Assembly (NCBI GenBank): GCA_039799905.1
Contig: JBDLRP010000034.1
Location: 76,802 to 140,801, forward strand
Source: Pseudomonadota bacterium
Lineage (GTDB): Bacteria > Bdellovibrionota_B > Oligoflexia > Silvanigrellales > Silvanigrellaceae
Direction of reading: 5' to 3'
Length of the DNA stretch: 64,000 nt
The translations under genes were made by a program, and so were the position numbers. The notes under the pieces were generated by a model, which saw only the letters and a program-made list of their open reading frames with translations, did no database searches and had not been told where the DNA came from. This document shows, piece by piece, positions 28,794 through 38,563 of the stretch (positions are counted from its first letter, which is position 1; every line of letters starts with the position of its first letter).

Positions 28794-30773
28794 ATGACCA
28801 CAAATTCACTGCAAGAAGACGTTACAGCTGCTTTCACGGCGCGCTTGGCAAGACTCGAACGCGCCCAAGAGCGGGTACGACGCAGGCTTACCCTTTGGTC
28901 GCAGCGTGAAGATCGTTTTGCTCTCATCCGCCTGCTCACAGCTGTGGCCTTGGTCATGGTGCTGGCCGGATTTTATAAAAAAATGGACGCAGCTCAGGTG
29001 TTTTCTGGCTGGCTGTGTTTTTTTGTTGCGTTTTTTACCATGTCGGCGGTTCATCGCCGGCTCAAGCGGGTGCGCTCACGCTGCGAGGGGCTGGCGGCCG
29101 TCTTTGCCGCTGAAATGGCGCGTCTGCAACGCGACTGGCAGGAGATCCGAAAAAACAAGTCAGCTCATTTTGATCCACTTTGGCAGCGCTTGTCGCAGCA
29201 GTCGGCGGAGCATCCCTATAAGTCTGATTTCGATTTGTCCGGATTGCCGGCACTGTGGCTCGACACCTGCACTTTGGAAGAGGGAAGTTCGCAGCTGGCA
29301 GACGAATTATTGCTGCGCGGCTCACAGCCTCTCGCAGGCGATGTTTTGTTGCATCGGACGCAGCGTGCCGACGAGCTTGCGCGCCGCACGCAAGCGCTTA
29401 GACGCTGGGAATCTTACCGTTTTGGCAGCTGGGCGGCAGAGCTCTACAAAGTCCGCACTGAAGATTCCGGAGAGGGCGCTTCGGATGCCGAACAACAGCT
29501 GCACGCCGCCGAGGGCGACGAACTGAATCCGGAGAGCCGTCGCAATCTGCTGGAGGTCATGATCTGGCTGTGCGTGTTGCTTCAGCTATTCGTCTGGACC
29601 GGTTTCTTTTTACCCCAGCTGCTCAGCTTTATGGAGACTGCTGATGTTCTCGTGCTTTCGCGACCGCTGACTTTATTCTTTCCGTTGCTGATTATCAGTA
29701 CCTTGATTTGGGAAACGTGGAGGCGAAAGGTGCAGATGAGCGAAGGCTCTCTGGGCCTGCGTGAGCTCAAGGTTCTCAATGCGCTTGAAGATGTCCAGAG
29801 GAGTATTCCAGATGCTTCGGGCAAAGCATTGGTGCCGGTATCCGCCGGTCGCCGGTTCCGTTTTTTGCGGTTGACGTTTGAATTGGGTGAGGTCCGCCGC
29901 AACCCGATTGTCTGGCTTTTGCTCAACGTGATTGTTCCCTACGACGCGGTGACCTTTGCCATCACCCTGATGGCGCATCGTGCCATCGATGGGCGTTTTG
30001 CGGACTGGTGGAAGGACGTTGTCGCATTTGACTTCCACGCAGCACTTGCGCGCGTCAAAACCGAAAATCATGAATTCGTTCGTGCCGAGCGCGATGACGC
30101 GGAAATCTCGGCCGTCTCGCTCGCTCATCCGCTCCTGCCTGCCCACCAGCGCATTGGCAATGATCTGCTTCTTGATTCTGCGCAGCGCTGCCTTCTGCTC
30201 ACAGGCAGCAACATGGCTGGTAAGAGCACGCTGCTGCGTGCCTTGGGAATGAATGCCCTGCTGGCGCAGATGGGCTGTGTGGTGTGCGCGCGCAAGTTCA
30301 AGTTGCCCCGTCTTGAGGTTTTGTGTGCCATTCAGGTGTCCGACTCTTTGGAGTCAGGTGCCAGCTATTTTTATGCTGAAGTCAGGCGCCTTGTTCGGGT
30401 GCTCGAGCGCTTGCAGATGCCTCCTGATGAGAACGCCCACAGGCTTTTTTTGATTGATGAAATATTCCGCGGCACCAACAACCGCGAACGCTTTTTAGGC
30501 TCGTGGCAGGTGATTGAAGCGTTGCTCAAGACGGGCGCATTCGGTGTGCTGACGACCCACGATTTGGCACTCACCCGCTTGGAAGATGACGTCGAAGGAG
30601 TGCGCAATTTTCATCTGCGCGAAACGGTCGGGCAACAAGGTATGCTGGAATTTGATTATCTTCTCCGCCGCGGCCCCTGTCCAACGACCAATGCACTCAT
30701 TATCATGCAGCAGGCTGGTCTTCCCGTGGAGCTGAATTTTCAACCGCAGGAGGGAGGAAAAATGAATGTTTGA
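28794..30773 (+). CDS. Membrane-anchored MutS-family ATPase (domain V type)
   Basis: TM segments, HPYKSDFDL, LAHPLL, LTGSNMAGKSTLLR, SYFYAEVRRL, LIDEIFRGTNNRER, TTHDLAL, FDYLLRRG..TTNAL; lacks the mismatch-binding domain. Confidence 0.9.
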   Translation: MTTNSLQEDVTAAFTARLARLERAQERVRRRLTLWSQREDRFALIRLLTAVALVMVLAGFYKKMDAAQVFSGWLCFFVAFFTMSAVHRRLKRVRSRCEGLAAVFAAEMARLQRDWQEIRKNKSAHFDPLWQRLSQQSAEHPYKSDFDLSGLPALWLDTCTLEEGSSQLADELLLRGSQPLAGDVLLHRTQRADELARRTQALRRWESYRFGSWAAELYKVRTEDSGEGASDAEQQLHAAEGDELNPESRRNLLEVMIWLCVLLQLFVWTGFFLPQLLSFMETADVLVLSRPLTLFFPLLIISTLIWETWRRKVQMSEGSLGLRELKVLNALEDVQRSIPDASGKALVPVSAGRRFRFLRLTFELGEVRRNPIVWLLLNVIVPYDAVTFAITLMAHRAIDGRFADWWKDVVAFDFHAALARVKTENHEFVRAERDDAEISAVSLAHPLLPAHQRIGNDLLLDSAQRCLLLTGSNMAGKSTLLRALGMNALLAQMGCVVCARKFKLPRLEVLCAIQVSDSLESGASYFYAEVRRLVRVLERLQMPPDENAHRLFLIDEIFRGTNNRERFLGSWQVIEALLKTGAFGVLTTHDLALTRLEDDVEGVRNFHLRETVGQQGMLEFDYLLRRGPCPTTNALIIMQQAGLPVELNFQPQEGGKMNV

Positions 30774-31551
30774 AGCAATAATTTTTCTCGCCGGTCCGTC
30801 GCGGCACGAAGAACAGGAGATGAATGCGGAGTGGCTGGAAGTGTGCACCGCTGCTGGTGTCACACCCTCCGTCGTTCCTGACAATGTCTATATTGCAGAT
30901 GGCGGATTGGAATCTTTTTTGGCTTGGGCCGACAGGCTCGATGCACTGTCGCTCTCGCGCATCCGTTCAGTTGTGTGGTGCGGAGATGGCGACTCGCTCG
31001 GCAAGCATGCCAAGGAGATTCTTGGCCACACGGCAGCCCGTTTCGAAGGGTGTTGGCGTGAACATTTTTATCCGACCAACAAAGACTTTTCAGACTGCGC
31101 GGCGGTTGTTGCGATCTTCGAACATGACGTGCGTCATTCGGGCGGACCTTCGGGTTCCTGTTGGTTGCGTGTTCACGGCGCAATTGGCGGACGCTACGAT
31201 CACGAATTGGCCAACCTGTTTGAATTTTCCGCCATGCTGGCGCGTTTATCGAATCCGGCTGTCGTTCAGCTGGGCCCGAATCGTACCGTGACAACGGCAG
31301 CTTTGCGGCTGAACATTGAATCCGGCCGGCAGTTTTCTCTTGTGCCAGCGTTCGCCAATCAAAGCTGTGCTGTCAGAATTGGTGGTGCGCACTACAGCGG
31401 TGAAGTATTTCTCCAGCAGCCTTCTCATGGTATCAGCAACACCGCCCTAAGCGGGCATGTTGTCATTGAACCAGTCAGCACTTCCGTACCGATTATTGTC
31501 ATACTTCCGCAAGGGAATTTCGCCGATGGCAAACATTCAAAATCAAACTGA
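30766..31551 (+). CDS. thiN: Thiamine pyrophosphokinase-like protein
   Basis: IADGG, GDGDS, KDFSD, GAIGGRYDHELANL, HGISN. Confidence 0.75.
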   Translation: MFEAIIFLAGPSRHEEQEMNAEWLEVCTAAGVTPSVVPDNVYIADGGLESFLAWADRLDALSLSRIRSVVWCGDGDSLGKHAKEILGHTAARFEGCWREHFYPTNKDFSDCAAVVAIFEHDVRHSGGPSGSCWLRVHGAIGGRYDHELANLFEFSAMLARLSNPAVVQLGPNRTVTTAALRLNIESGRQFSLVPAFANQSCAVRIGGAHYSGEVFLQQPSHGISNTALSGHVVIEPVSTSVPIIVILPQGNFADGKHSKSN

Positions 31552-32683
31552 ACGACACGATGGCCTGAGTTTGTCGACTGCTCTGCAGCACGCCGGTGCG
31601 GAGCACCGCGTCGGCAGTGGTTTGCTTGGGGCTGTCGAGCAGTCGGTGACGTTTGCAACCGCTGCCGTGGACGACCTGCCGGTTTATGCGCGGCTCTCCA
31701 ACACCGCCAATCATGCCGAGATCTGCGCTCTGATTGCCACACTCCACAAGGCACCGTCTGCACAGGTTTTTGCCTCGGGAATGTCGGCCATCCATGCGGT
31801 GCTGACTACGGTCCTGCGTCCGCAGGATCACCTGCTGATGCAGGAAAACTGCTACGGCAGTTCGCAGGGACTCGCGCAAAAGATTCTCTCCCGCTGGGGA
31901 ATTGAAACAACCTTTGCGCCTCTCTCGGAGTGGAGCAAGTGCCTGCGAAAAAACACGCGAGCTTTGTTTTTCGAGAGCATCTCGAATCCTTTTTGTCTGC
32001 CGCAGGATTTTCAATTGGCTCTTGCTGCGAAAAAGATCAGCGGGGCAACACTCATCTGCGACAACACGTTCGCAGGCCCCGTCAACTGCCGTCCTTATGA
32101 AGCGGGTGTCGATATCGTAATCGAGAGTGCTACGAAGTACCTCAACGGACACTCCGATTTGGTTTGTGGGGCAGTGGCTTGCTCGGCTGAATTTTCGGAG
32201 CAGCTTGCCGTGACGTCGATGTACGTTGGAGGCTTTTTGTCGGCAGCCGGTTGTATGCAGCTGGCGCGTGGTTTGCGCACGCTGCAGGTGCGCATGCGTG
32301 CGCACAATGAAAACGGCCGCGAATTCGCAAGGCGCATGAGCCGTCTTGAGGGAGTCGCAGAGGTCTTTCACGGCTCGCTCTCGCACGAGGGATCTGAGTT
32401 CTTCTCCGATTTTGGCGGCATGGTCGGTGTTCGCTTTGCACAGGGAATTGATGTGGCAAAGCTCATGCGGAGCTTCACACTGATTAGTGACGTTCCAAGT
32501 TTGGGCGGCACTGAAACAACCGCATGCATTCCATGGTGGACCACCAACCGCTGGATGGCTGATGCCGAAAAAGCACGATTAAAAATCGATCCGCAGCTTG
32601 TCCGCTTCAGCATCGGGCTTGAAGCGGTGGAAGAGCTTGTCGATGATGTCGCGAAGGCAATTCAAATCGTCGGAACCAGATAG
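31526..32683 (+). CDS. PLP-dependent trans-sulfuration enzyme (cystathionine gamma-synthase/lyase, methionine gamma-lyase family)
   Basis: YARLSN, FASGMSAI, FFESISNP, DNTF, ESATKYLNGHSD (PLP Lys), SLGGTET, LVRFSIGLE. Confidence 0.92.
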   Translation: MANIQNQTERHDGLSLSTALQHAGAEHRVGSGLLGAVEQSVTFATAAVDDLPVYARLSNTANHAEICALIATLHKAPSAQVFASGMSAIHAVLTTVLRPQDHLLMQENCYGSSQGLAQKILSRWGIETTFAPLSEWSKCLRKNTRALFFESISNPFCLPQDFQLALAAKKISGATLICDNTFAGPVNCRPYEAGVDIVIESATKYLNGHSDLVCGAVACSAEFSEQLAVTSMYVGGFLSAAGCMQLARGLRTLQVRMRAHNENGREFARRMSRLEGVAEVFHGSLSHEGSEFFSDFGGMVGVRFAQGIDVAKLMRSFTLISDVPSLGGTETTACIPWWTTNRWMADAEKARLKIDPQLVRFSIGLEAVEELVDDVAKAIQIVGTR

Positions 32684-32705
32684 TGCAAATGTAACGACGG
32701 TTTTC

Positions 32706-35375
32706 TCAGGCCGGCCTGCGCAATACGCGGAACGGAGCTTGCCTGAGAATGAGGATGGCCGACACAAAGGCCGCCGCACAGCAGATTGCGATGATTGCCC
32801 CTGCAATGGTGAATCCGGGGAGAAGGGCGATGTTGAGCTGGTCGTCGACAGTGAGGATAGTTTTTTGGACCATCATGCTGAGCAGCCAGCTTGCCGCCAT
32901 GCCAATCGTGCATCCGGCCACGGAGAGCAGAAGAAATTCGCCGAAGATGGCCCTCAGCACCAGCGAGTTGTTAGCTCCTAAACACCGGTAAAGTGAGAAA
33001 TTCTGCGCGCGCAGCGAGAACGAAGTCCATGCGCTGAGAATGGTGTTCAATAGCCCTCCCGCAAACAGCAGGATGGTTAAAAAGCGGACAATTTCGAGAG
33101 CGGCGTTCAGCAGCTTCGTTGCCATCGCGGCGAGTTCGCTCGCGTCGATGGTGGTGATTCCGGGATGATTGTCGAACATGGCATTTACGGTTGCGAGTCG
33201 CTGTTGCGGGTCGGCGATATTGACCGCTAAAATTCCACTGTAAGGTGCATCTTGCAGAGTGCTTGGGTGCATGACAAAGAAAAAGTTCGGACGGAAACTC
33301 TGCCAGCGCACACGCCGCAGGCTCGTCACCTTCACGCGGACTGGCACTCCTTGCACATCAAAAATGAGAGTATCGCCAAGATTCAAATTCAGGTTTTTGG
33401 CCAATCCGGCTTCAAGTGAAACTTCGTTCAGGGCAATGCCGGCGGAATCCTTTTTCCAAAATTGTCCGGCGATGACTTCCTCAGCGTCGTCTCCGGACAG
33501 AAGTGTTGCTCGGCTGGTCAGGTTTTGTTCGCGGTTGAGAAGACGCTGTGCGCGCGTGAATTCTTCCGTTCCCTCACGGAACTGAGCGAGCCATTCTTCA
33601 GTTGATTTGTTGTTGACCGAGGCCAGCCGCGCACGTGTGATGCGCTCTGAAAGAATATTCTTGTCAGTTTTCCCGCCAGAGAGAATTTTTTCAATGCCGA
33701 TCATTGCATCTGCCGGTGCGTCCAGAACGAAAATGTTTGGCCGCAAGTTGCCTGAGGTGACCGAAGTGATCTGTCCAACGATGTTGCTGCGCAGATCCCA
33801 GAGGAACACAAGAAGACAAACAGACAAACCAAACAGCAGAAGGCTCAGGGCACTTTGCGAAGGGCGCGCGGCGATCTCGCTGCCGGCAAGCCGGAGCGAC
33901 AATGGCAGACTGATGTTTGGACTCAGGCCCAGCCGGCTGATGACAAGCACGACAATACGGATCGCTAAATAAAGTCCTGTGAGCACGACAACCAAAAGCA
34001 GGTTGAAGGCGGTCTCGTTCGAAATGAGGAAAGACAAAAGCAGGGCTGTCAGCAGCCATACCAAATCGGGAAAGTTTTCCAGCACGGCAATCGCACGCAG
34101 GACCGTCTTTTTGATGAGCGGATCGTTGGGCGCGGCCACACTGAGAATGGACGGACGTTGTGGAATACGCCGCAGATACGAGAGTGCACCCGGAAGAATC
34201 AATGAGAAGATAAGCAGGAATGAAGCGAGCGCAAATTTGAAGGCGATGGCTGAGTTGCTGACGAGCGAGACGTCTGCAGCGCTGCCGGTGAACCATTGAT
34301 TGAGCCTGCCGCTGATTTCTGTTTGAAACAGAATTTGCCCAAACCATGCACCGAGCGACAAGGCAAGCGCCAGAATCAAAAGAACGTTGCCGACGTAGAG
34401 CAGAGTGAGCAGACTGCGCGGCGCACCGAGGTTGGAAAGAATCTGCGCATCGGCCTGTTTGCGCTTGAGATAAGAATGGATTCCCTGCGCGCTGCCGAGT
34501 CCGAGCAGCAACAGTGCTGCAAAGCCGATGGCATTAAAGAATAAAAACAAGCTGCGTGCGGGTTTGAATGCGGCATTCAGCGCATCTTCCTTGGTCCGCA
34601 CAGCCGGTCGGAAGGATTCAATTTTACCGATTTCACTGCGCAGCCACTCGGTTGAGCTCTGTATTGAAGTCTGTGCTGGAAACTGAATGAGCAGTCGATC
34701 GCGCAGACGGGATTGCAGCGAAATGAGTCTTAGTTTGATTGCGACATCGCGTGCCATGTAGATCCGCGAGCCAAGACTGAAGCTGGCGAAGTCTCTCGTC
34801 TGGTCGTTTTCAACAAGTCCAGCAACCGGGAAAATCCGCTTGCCGATGCGCAACGCTTTGCGTTCGCCCAGCAGTTTTTGCAAAGCCTTTTCAGAAGTCT
34901 CGGCATATGACTTCTCGCCCGCAACCTGCAGCCCGTGCGTGTCGGCCAAACTTTTTTCAACGAGGACTGCGCCACTGCGCAAAGTTTCATAAGTGAATTT
35001 CGGTTGTACCCTCAATCCAGGAACCAACGGGTAAGAATCGTCGATGGCGAGAATTTCGCTCAGGCGTGCACGTGAGTTGGGCGTGAAGCTTGCCATACTG
35101 ACAAACGACGTGATTCTGCTTTTTCGTGCAATTTTTGCAGAATCCTGAATGCTGTCGAGAAAATTTTCTGGCAACAGACGAACGTCCGAAACCTCGGCGT
35201 CACCACCTAGAATTGAATCCGCTTGACGGCGCGTTTGTGCCTCAAGGCGCGCGTCGGCCAGCAGGAGAGCCGTCAAGGCAGTCATACCGATGCACAGCGT
35301 GATGGCCGCAAGGAATAATTTTTTCCAAGATGATCTGATTTCCCGCTGAAATGCCGGCCAAAACCAGTGATTCAT
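32706..35375 (-). CDS. ybbP: ABC transporter permease, YbbP family
   Basis: ILGGDAEV, two FtsX-like TM blocks, PNIFVLD, RARLASVN, REQNLT, VTSLRRVRWQSFRPNFFFV; ybbA-tesA context. Confidence 0.85.
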   Translation of the reverse strand: MNHWFWPAFQREIRSSWKKLFLAAITLCIGMTALTALLLADARLEAQTRRQADSILGGDAEVSDVRLLPENFLDSIQDSAKIARKSRITSFVSMASFTPNSRARLSEILAIDDSYPLVPGLRVQPKFTYETLRSGAVLVEKSLADTHGLQVAGEKSYAETSEKALQKLLGERKALRIGKRIFPVAGLVENDQTRDFASFSLGSRIYMARDVAIKLRLISLQSRLRDRLLIQFPAQTSIQSSTEWLRSEIGKIESFRPAVRTKEDALNAAFKPARSLFLFFNAIGFAALLLLGLGSAQGIHSYLKRKQADAQILSNLGAPRSLLTLLYVGNVLLILALALSLGAWFGQILFQTEISGRLNQWFTGSAADVSLVSNSAIAFKFALASFLLIFSLILPGALSYLRRIPQRPSILSVAAPNDPLIKKTVLRAIAVLENFPDLVWLLTALLLSFLISNETAFNLLLVVVLTGLYLAIRIVVLVISRLGLSPNISLPLSLRLAGSEIAARPSQSALSLLLFGLSVCLLVFLWDLRSNIVGQITSVTSGNLRPNIFVLDAPADAMIGIEKILSGGKTDKNILSERITRARLASVNNKSTEEWLAQFREGTEEFTRAQRLLNREQNLTSRATLLSGDDAEEVIAGQFWKKDSAGIALNEVSLEAGLAKNLNLNLGDTLIFDVQGVPVRVKVTSLRRVRWQSFRPNFFFVMHPSTLQDAPYSGILAVNIADPQQRLATVNAMFDNHPGITTIDASELAAMATKLLNAALEIVRFLTILLFAGGLLNTILSAWTSFSLRAQNFSLYRCLGANNSLVLRAIFGEFLLLSVAGCTIGMAASWLLSMMVQKTILTVDDQLNIALLPGFTIAGAIIAICCAAAFVSAILILRQAPFRVLRRPA

Positions 35376-36061
35376 GGATGGACTCCCGCGGTCAGTTGCA
35401 GCCGCGACAGCTGTCCGCGCTCGAGTTCGATACGGCCCGCCAATTGATGTGCAAGTGCATAGTCATGCGTGACGAAAAACAGCGTCGCACCCAATTCCAT
35501 CGACAGGCTGCTGATCAGCCGGAAGACCTGATCGGCACTCTGCGGATCAAGGTTGCCGGTGGGCTCATCACAGAGCATCAGTTTGGGTTTGTTGACAATC
35601 GCACGTGCGATGGCAACACGTTGCTGTTCTCCACCCGACAACTGGTCGGGCCTGTGTTTGAGGCGAGTACTCAGACCGACCCATTCCAAGGCTTCCTGCG
35701 CTGCAGTTTTTGCCTTTGGATGTCCGGCAATTTCTGCCGCGACGAGGACATTTTCAAGTGCCGTTAAATGCCGCAGAAGTTGAAAAGTTTGGTAGACGAA
35801 TCCCACCTCCCGCGCGCGGAATCTGGACAACTCAGCCTCACCGGCGTTTGAGATCGGAAAACCGTTGAAGCGAATAGCCCCCGAGCTCGGCCGTTCCAAA
35901 CCTGCGAGCATCGACAGCAGCGTGGTTTTGCCACTGCCAGATCTGCCGACGATCCCTAATTGGCTTCCTGATGGTATATTGGCATTAATGGAGTCGAGGA
36001 TCCTCAGACGGAGGCCATCGGGAGAGGGGTATTCTTTTGTTACGTTTTCGATTTCAATCAT
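35372..36061 (-). CDS. ybbA: ABC transporter ATP-binding protein, YbbA family
   Basis: [31 protein letters not shown]; divergent from tesA. Confidence 0.9.
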   Translation of the reverse strand: MIEIENVTKEYPSPDGLRLRILDSINANIPSGSQLGIVGRSGSGKTTLLSMLAGLERPSSGAIRFNGFPISNAGEAELSRFRAREVGFVYQTFQLLRHLTALENVLVAAEIAGHPKAKTAAQEALEWVGLSTRLKHRPDQLSGGEQQRVAIARAIVNKPKLMLCDEPTGNLDPQSADQVFRLISSLSMELGATLFFVTHDYALAHQLAGRIELERGQLSRLQLTAGVHP

Positions 36062-36810
36062 CGCGCTGTATCCTTTCAGTCGCGGCTCAGTTTTTTAAAG
36101 TAAAGCCTCTGGCGCTCGCGGGACTTTGTCTTTTCAGTGCCAGTTGCACAAATCTTGTATTGCAGCGTGCCATGCAAATTCCCGCACCGCAAAACAGTCA
36201 GCCCGCCGCAGCGGTCGAATCCCCAAAAGTTGTCGCTTTTTTGGGTGACAGCCTCACCGCAGGCCCTGGTCTTAGTATGAAAGAAACTCTTCCTGCGGTC
36301 ATCCAACAGAAAATTGGCGGACGGCAGTTACCTTGGACAGTGCAAAACTCAGGCGTCAGTGGTGATACTTCCGCGCTTGCAGCCTCGCGCCTGAATTGGG
36401 TCCTGCGCGGAAAGCCCAAGGTTCTTGTCGTGGCCATCGGTTCAAATGACGGTCTGCGCGGTCTTTCGATAGAGGAAATGGAGCGCAACGTGCGGACAAT
36501 TGTTTCGCGCGCACAGACTCAGGGTATCAAGGTGGTTCTTGTCGGACAACAACTGCCGCTCAATTTTCCAGAGGATTACCGGACGAAATTCGCGGCTGTC
36601 TTTCCACGCGTGGCGCGTGAGCACCGTATTCCACTTGTGCCCTTCATGCTTGATGGTGTGGCTCTCAACGAACGTTACGTTCTTGAGGATGGCATCCATC
36701 CGAATGCGGAGGGAGCACGACGCATTGCGGAAAATATTTGGCCGGTTTTGTTTCCGGTGCTCCGGCAAGCGGGTAAATCCGGCGGCGCGCTGCGTTCGGC
36801 TGAAAATTGA
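36037..36810 (+). CDS. tesA: Arylesterase/acyl-CoA thioesterase I (GDSL/SGNH), possibly a lipoprotein
   Basis: FLGDSLTAG, NSGVSGDTS, IGSNDGLRG, DGIHPN; start uncertain; LFSASC may be a lipobox. Confidence 0.9.
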   Translation: MLRFRFQSSRCILSVAAQFFKVKPLALAGLCLFSASCTNLVLQRAMQIPAPQNSQPAAAVESPKVVAFLGDSLTAGPGLSMKETLPAVIQQKIGGRQLPWTVQNSGVSGDTSALAASRLNWVLRGKPKVLVVAIGSNDGLRGLSIEEMERNVRTIVSRAQTQGIKVVLVGQQLPLNFPEDYRTKFAAVFPRVAREHRIPLVPFMLDGVALNERYVLEDGIHPNAEGARRIAENIWPVLFPVLRQAGKSGGALRSAEN

Positions 36811-36818
36811 GGTGATGA

Positions 36819-37313
36819 ATGATAAAATCATCTCTCAATCACAAAGCTCTCAGTCTCTCATTTGTATTGTTCACTGCCTGTCAGCCGCAAACCCGCCAAG
36901 ACCGCGCAGCCGTTGGGCCGGATGTGACGCCCGTTGCGGGTGACCCACAGCTTGCGACTCCTGCTGCCGATTCACAACCAGACGCACCCACGCAGACGGA
37001 TTTGGTTTCATTGCAGTGGGAATCAACGCAAAAATCACTCTGCGAGAGTGGAAAGCCTGCCAGCTGCAGCGCGCTTGCCTACGAGGCTTTGCGTTCGCAG
37101 CAAGTTGCAATTGCCCAAGAGTACTTTACGCGCGCTTGTTTGTTGGACGCCCCGCCTCAGCAGTGCGGACAAAACGAACAGTCAGTCAGTGCACTGTCAC
37201 GCGCCTGTTATGAGTTGTCGTTTATCTATCGACAACAAGGCAAAAACGAAGACGCCGACAAGTTCAAAGTTTGCGCCTGCGAACGTGGTTACCGCCCTGC
37301 ATGTGGAAGTTGA
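36819..37313 (+). CDS. Lipoprotein with Cys-bridged Sel1/Hcp-like repeats
   Basis: Lipobox FTAC; CESGKPASCSAL, YFTRAC, RACYELSFIY, ACERGYRPAC. Confidence 0.7.
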   Translation: MIKSSLNHKALSLSFVLFTACQPQTRQDRAAVGPDVTPVAGDPQLATPAADSQPDAPTQTDLVSLQWESTQKSLCESGKPASCSALAYEALRSQQVAIAQEYFTRACLLDAPPQQCGQNEQSVSALSRACYELSFIYRQQGKNEDADKFKVCACERGYRPACGS

Positions 37314-37402
37314 CTCAGCTCTGCCGACCAAAAGCCGCAGGCGCCGCGGAGTTTCCGAAGATTATTACCTCCGACATTCATTTTCGGGCAGCGCGCCCTG
37401 AT

Positions 37403-38548
37403 TCATGCTTCCGCTTTTTCCGTTGAGGTCGCTGCCTCACCGCCGACAACCGCCGTAGGTGGTTGCGAAGAGTCGAAAGAGGTGTCGGTTGCGGCGGTAA
37501 AGGTTTCGCCGCGGTATTGGATGATTGTTCCCTGCAGGAGTCTTTCGATGCGGCTGGTGCGGGCTTCGTCCCCGCCAAGAAGTATAAGCCTGGTGCGTTG
37601 GCCGTTCTCGCTGCCGACTTTATTTGCTCTGATGCCACCGTAGATTTGCACTGTTGAACCGAGAATAGCCCCTGGGTTCGACGAGCAAGTGAGGTCGCCG
37701 CCAATCCGAAGATCCGACAGCTGCACCGAATTCTCGACCACCAGATTGCCGAGAACTCCGACCTGGCTCACCTGAATATAGGTGGTCTGGCAGTTGTGCC
37801 AAAATCTCAGGGTGCCAATCATATTTGTTTGAATGCCGCCCTTGGCCTGCACGTCGCCGAAAACTTCAATGTCGGAAGCCTGCCAATGCCCCTCCACTTC
37901 AAGATTTCCGAAAACTCTCCACTTCATTGTGCCAATGAGATCACTCAGAACGTGAACATTGGAATGGAACTCGCACACTGAAAATTCTGGCGCGTGCGCC
38001 TTTTCGATGACGTAAACAAGCTCCAGCGAGACTTCCTGTCCTTCAATTTTGACTTGTCCTGATGCACGCGCAATGACTACGCCATCGGGCTGCAGTTCCA
38101 ATCCTGCCGGTAGATTGAGTGTGATGGGTTCTGGTGTCGGCTCTTCTTTTGCTGCAATCGCCTCTCCCAGCAAACTTTTCCCTGGCTGGGGCGGCATTGG
38201 TGGAACAATTCGAATGATCGGCTCATCCATGACGGCATGATCGGCCGGTCGGCGGAGCGATTCGACCCACTCCCATCTGCCCGCTTTGGCTCCTTGCGGT
38301 GGCTCGCCTGAGCAGACCTCAAAATCAGCCCCGCTGTGTGCGCCAGCCCGCGCAGCATCGCGAATTATATTGACAGTTGATTTGTCTGGAGTCTGTTTGA
38401 TGCGGAGTTGAGTCAAAGCCTCAGCGAGTTCTGAGTGTTTGAGGTTGGCGAGGTTGTTTGGAACCTTAACGCCTTTGCGGATGACAAGTGAGAGTTTGTC
38501 ATCAGTGAATGTAAGAATGCTGAGCAGGGCGCTGATTGCAGCTGACAT
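37403..38548 (-). CDS. FapA/DUF342 family protein
   Basis: GEPPQGAKAG, PPQPGKSLLGEAI, VIARASGQV followed by beta-helix-type repeats (GNLEVEG, GDVQAKGGI, GNLVVE). Confidence 0.72.
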   Translation of the reverse strand: MSAAISALLSILTFTDDKLSLVIRKGVKVPNNLANLKHSELAEALTQLRIKQTPDKSTVNIIRDAARAGAHSGADFEVCSGEPPQGAKAGRWEWVESLRRPADHAVMDEPIIRIVPPMPPQPGKSLLGEAIAAKEEPTPEPITLNLPAGLELQPDGVVIARASGQVKIEGQEVSLELVYVIEKAHAPEFSVCEFHSNVHVLSDLIGTMKWRVFGNLEVEGHWQASDIEVFGDVQAKGGIQTNMIGTLRFWHNCQTTYIQVSQVGVLGNLVVENSVQLSDLRIGGDLTCSSNPGAILGSTVQIYGGIRANKVGSENGQRTRLILLGGDEARTSRIERLLQGTIIQYRGETFTAATDTSFDSSQPPTAVVGGEAATSTEKAEA

Positions 38549-38563
38549 CCGCTGACGTCCCTT

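Noticed and set aside
28794..30773. Canonical mismatch-repair mutS or mutS2
   Set aside because: No mismatch-binding domain I or Smr domain; has TM helices.
32706..36810. ybbP-ybbA/tesA head-to-head overlap as a novelty
   Set aside because: This arrangement is well known from E. coli and many other bacteria.
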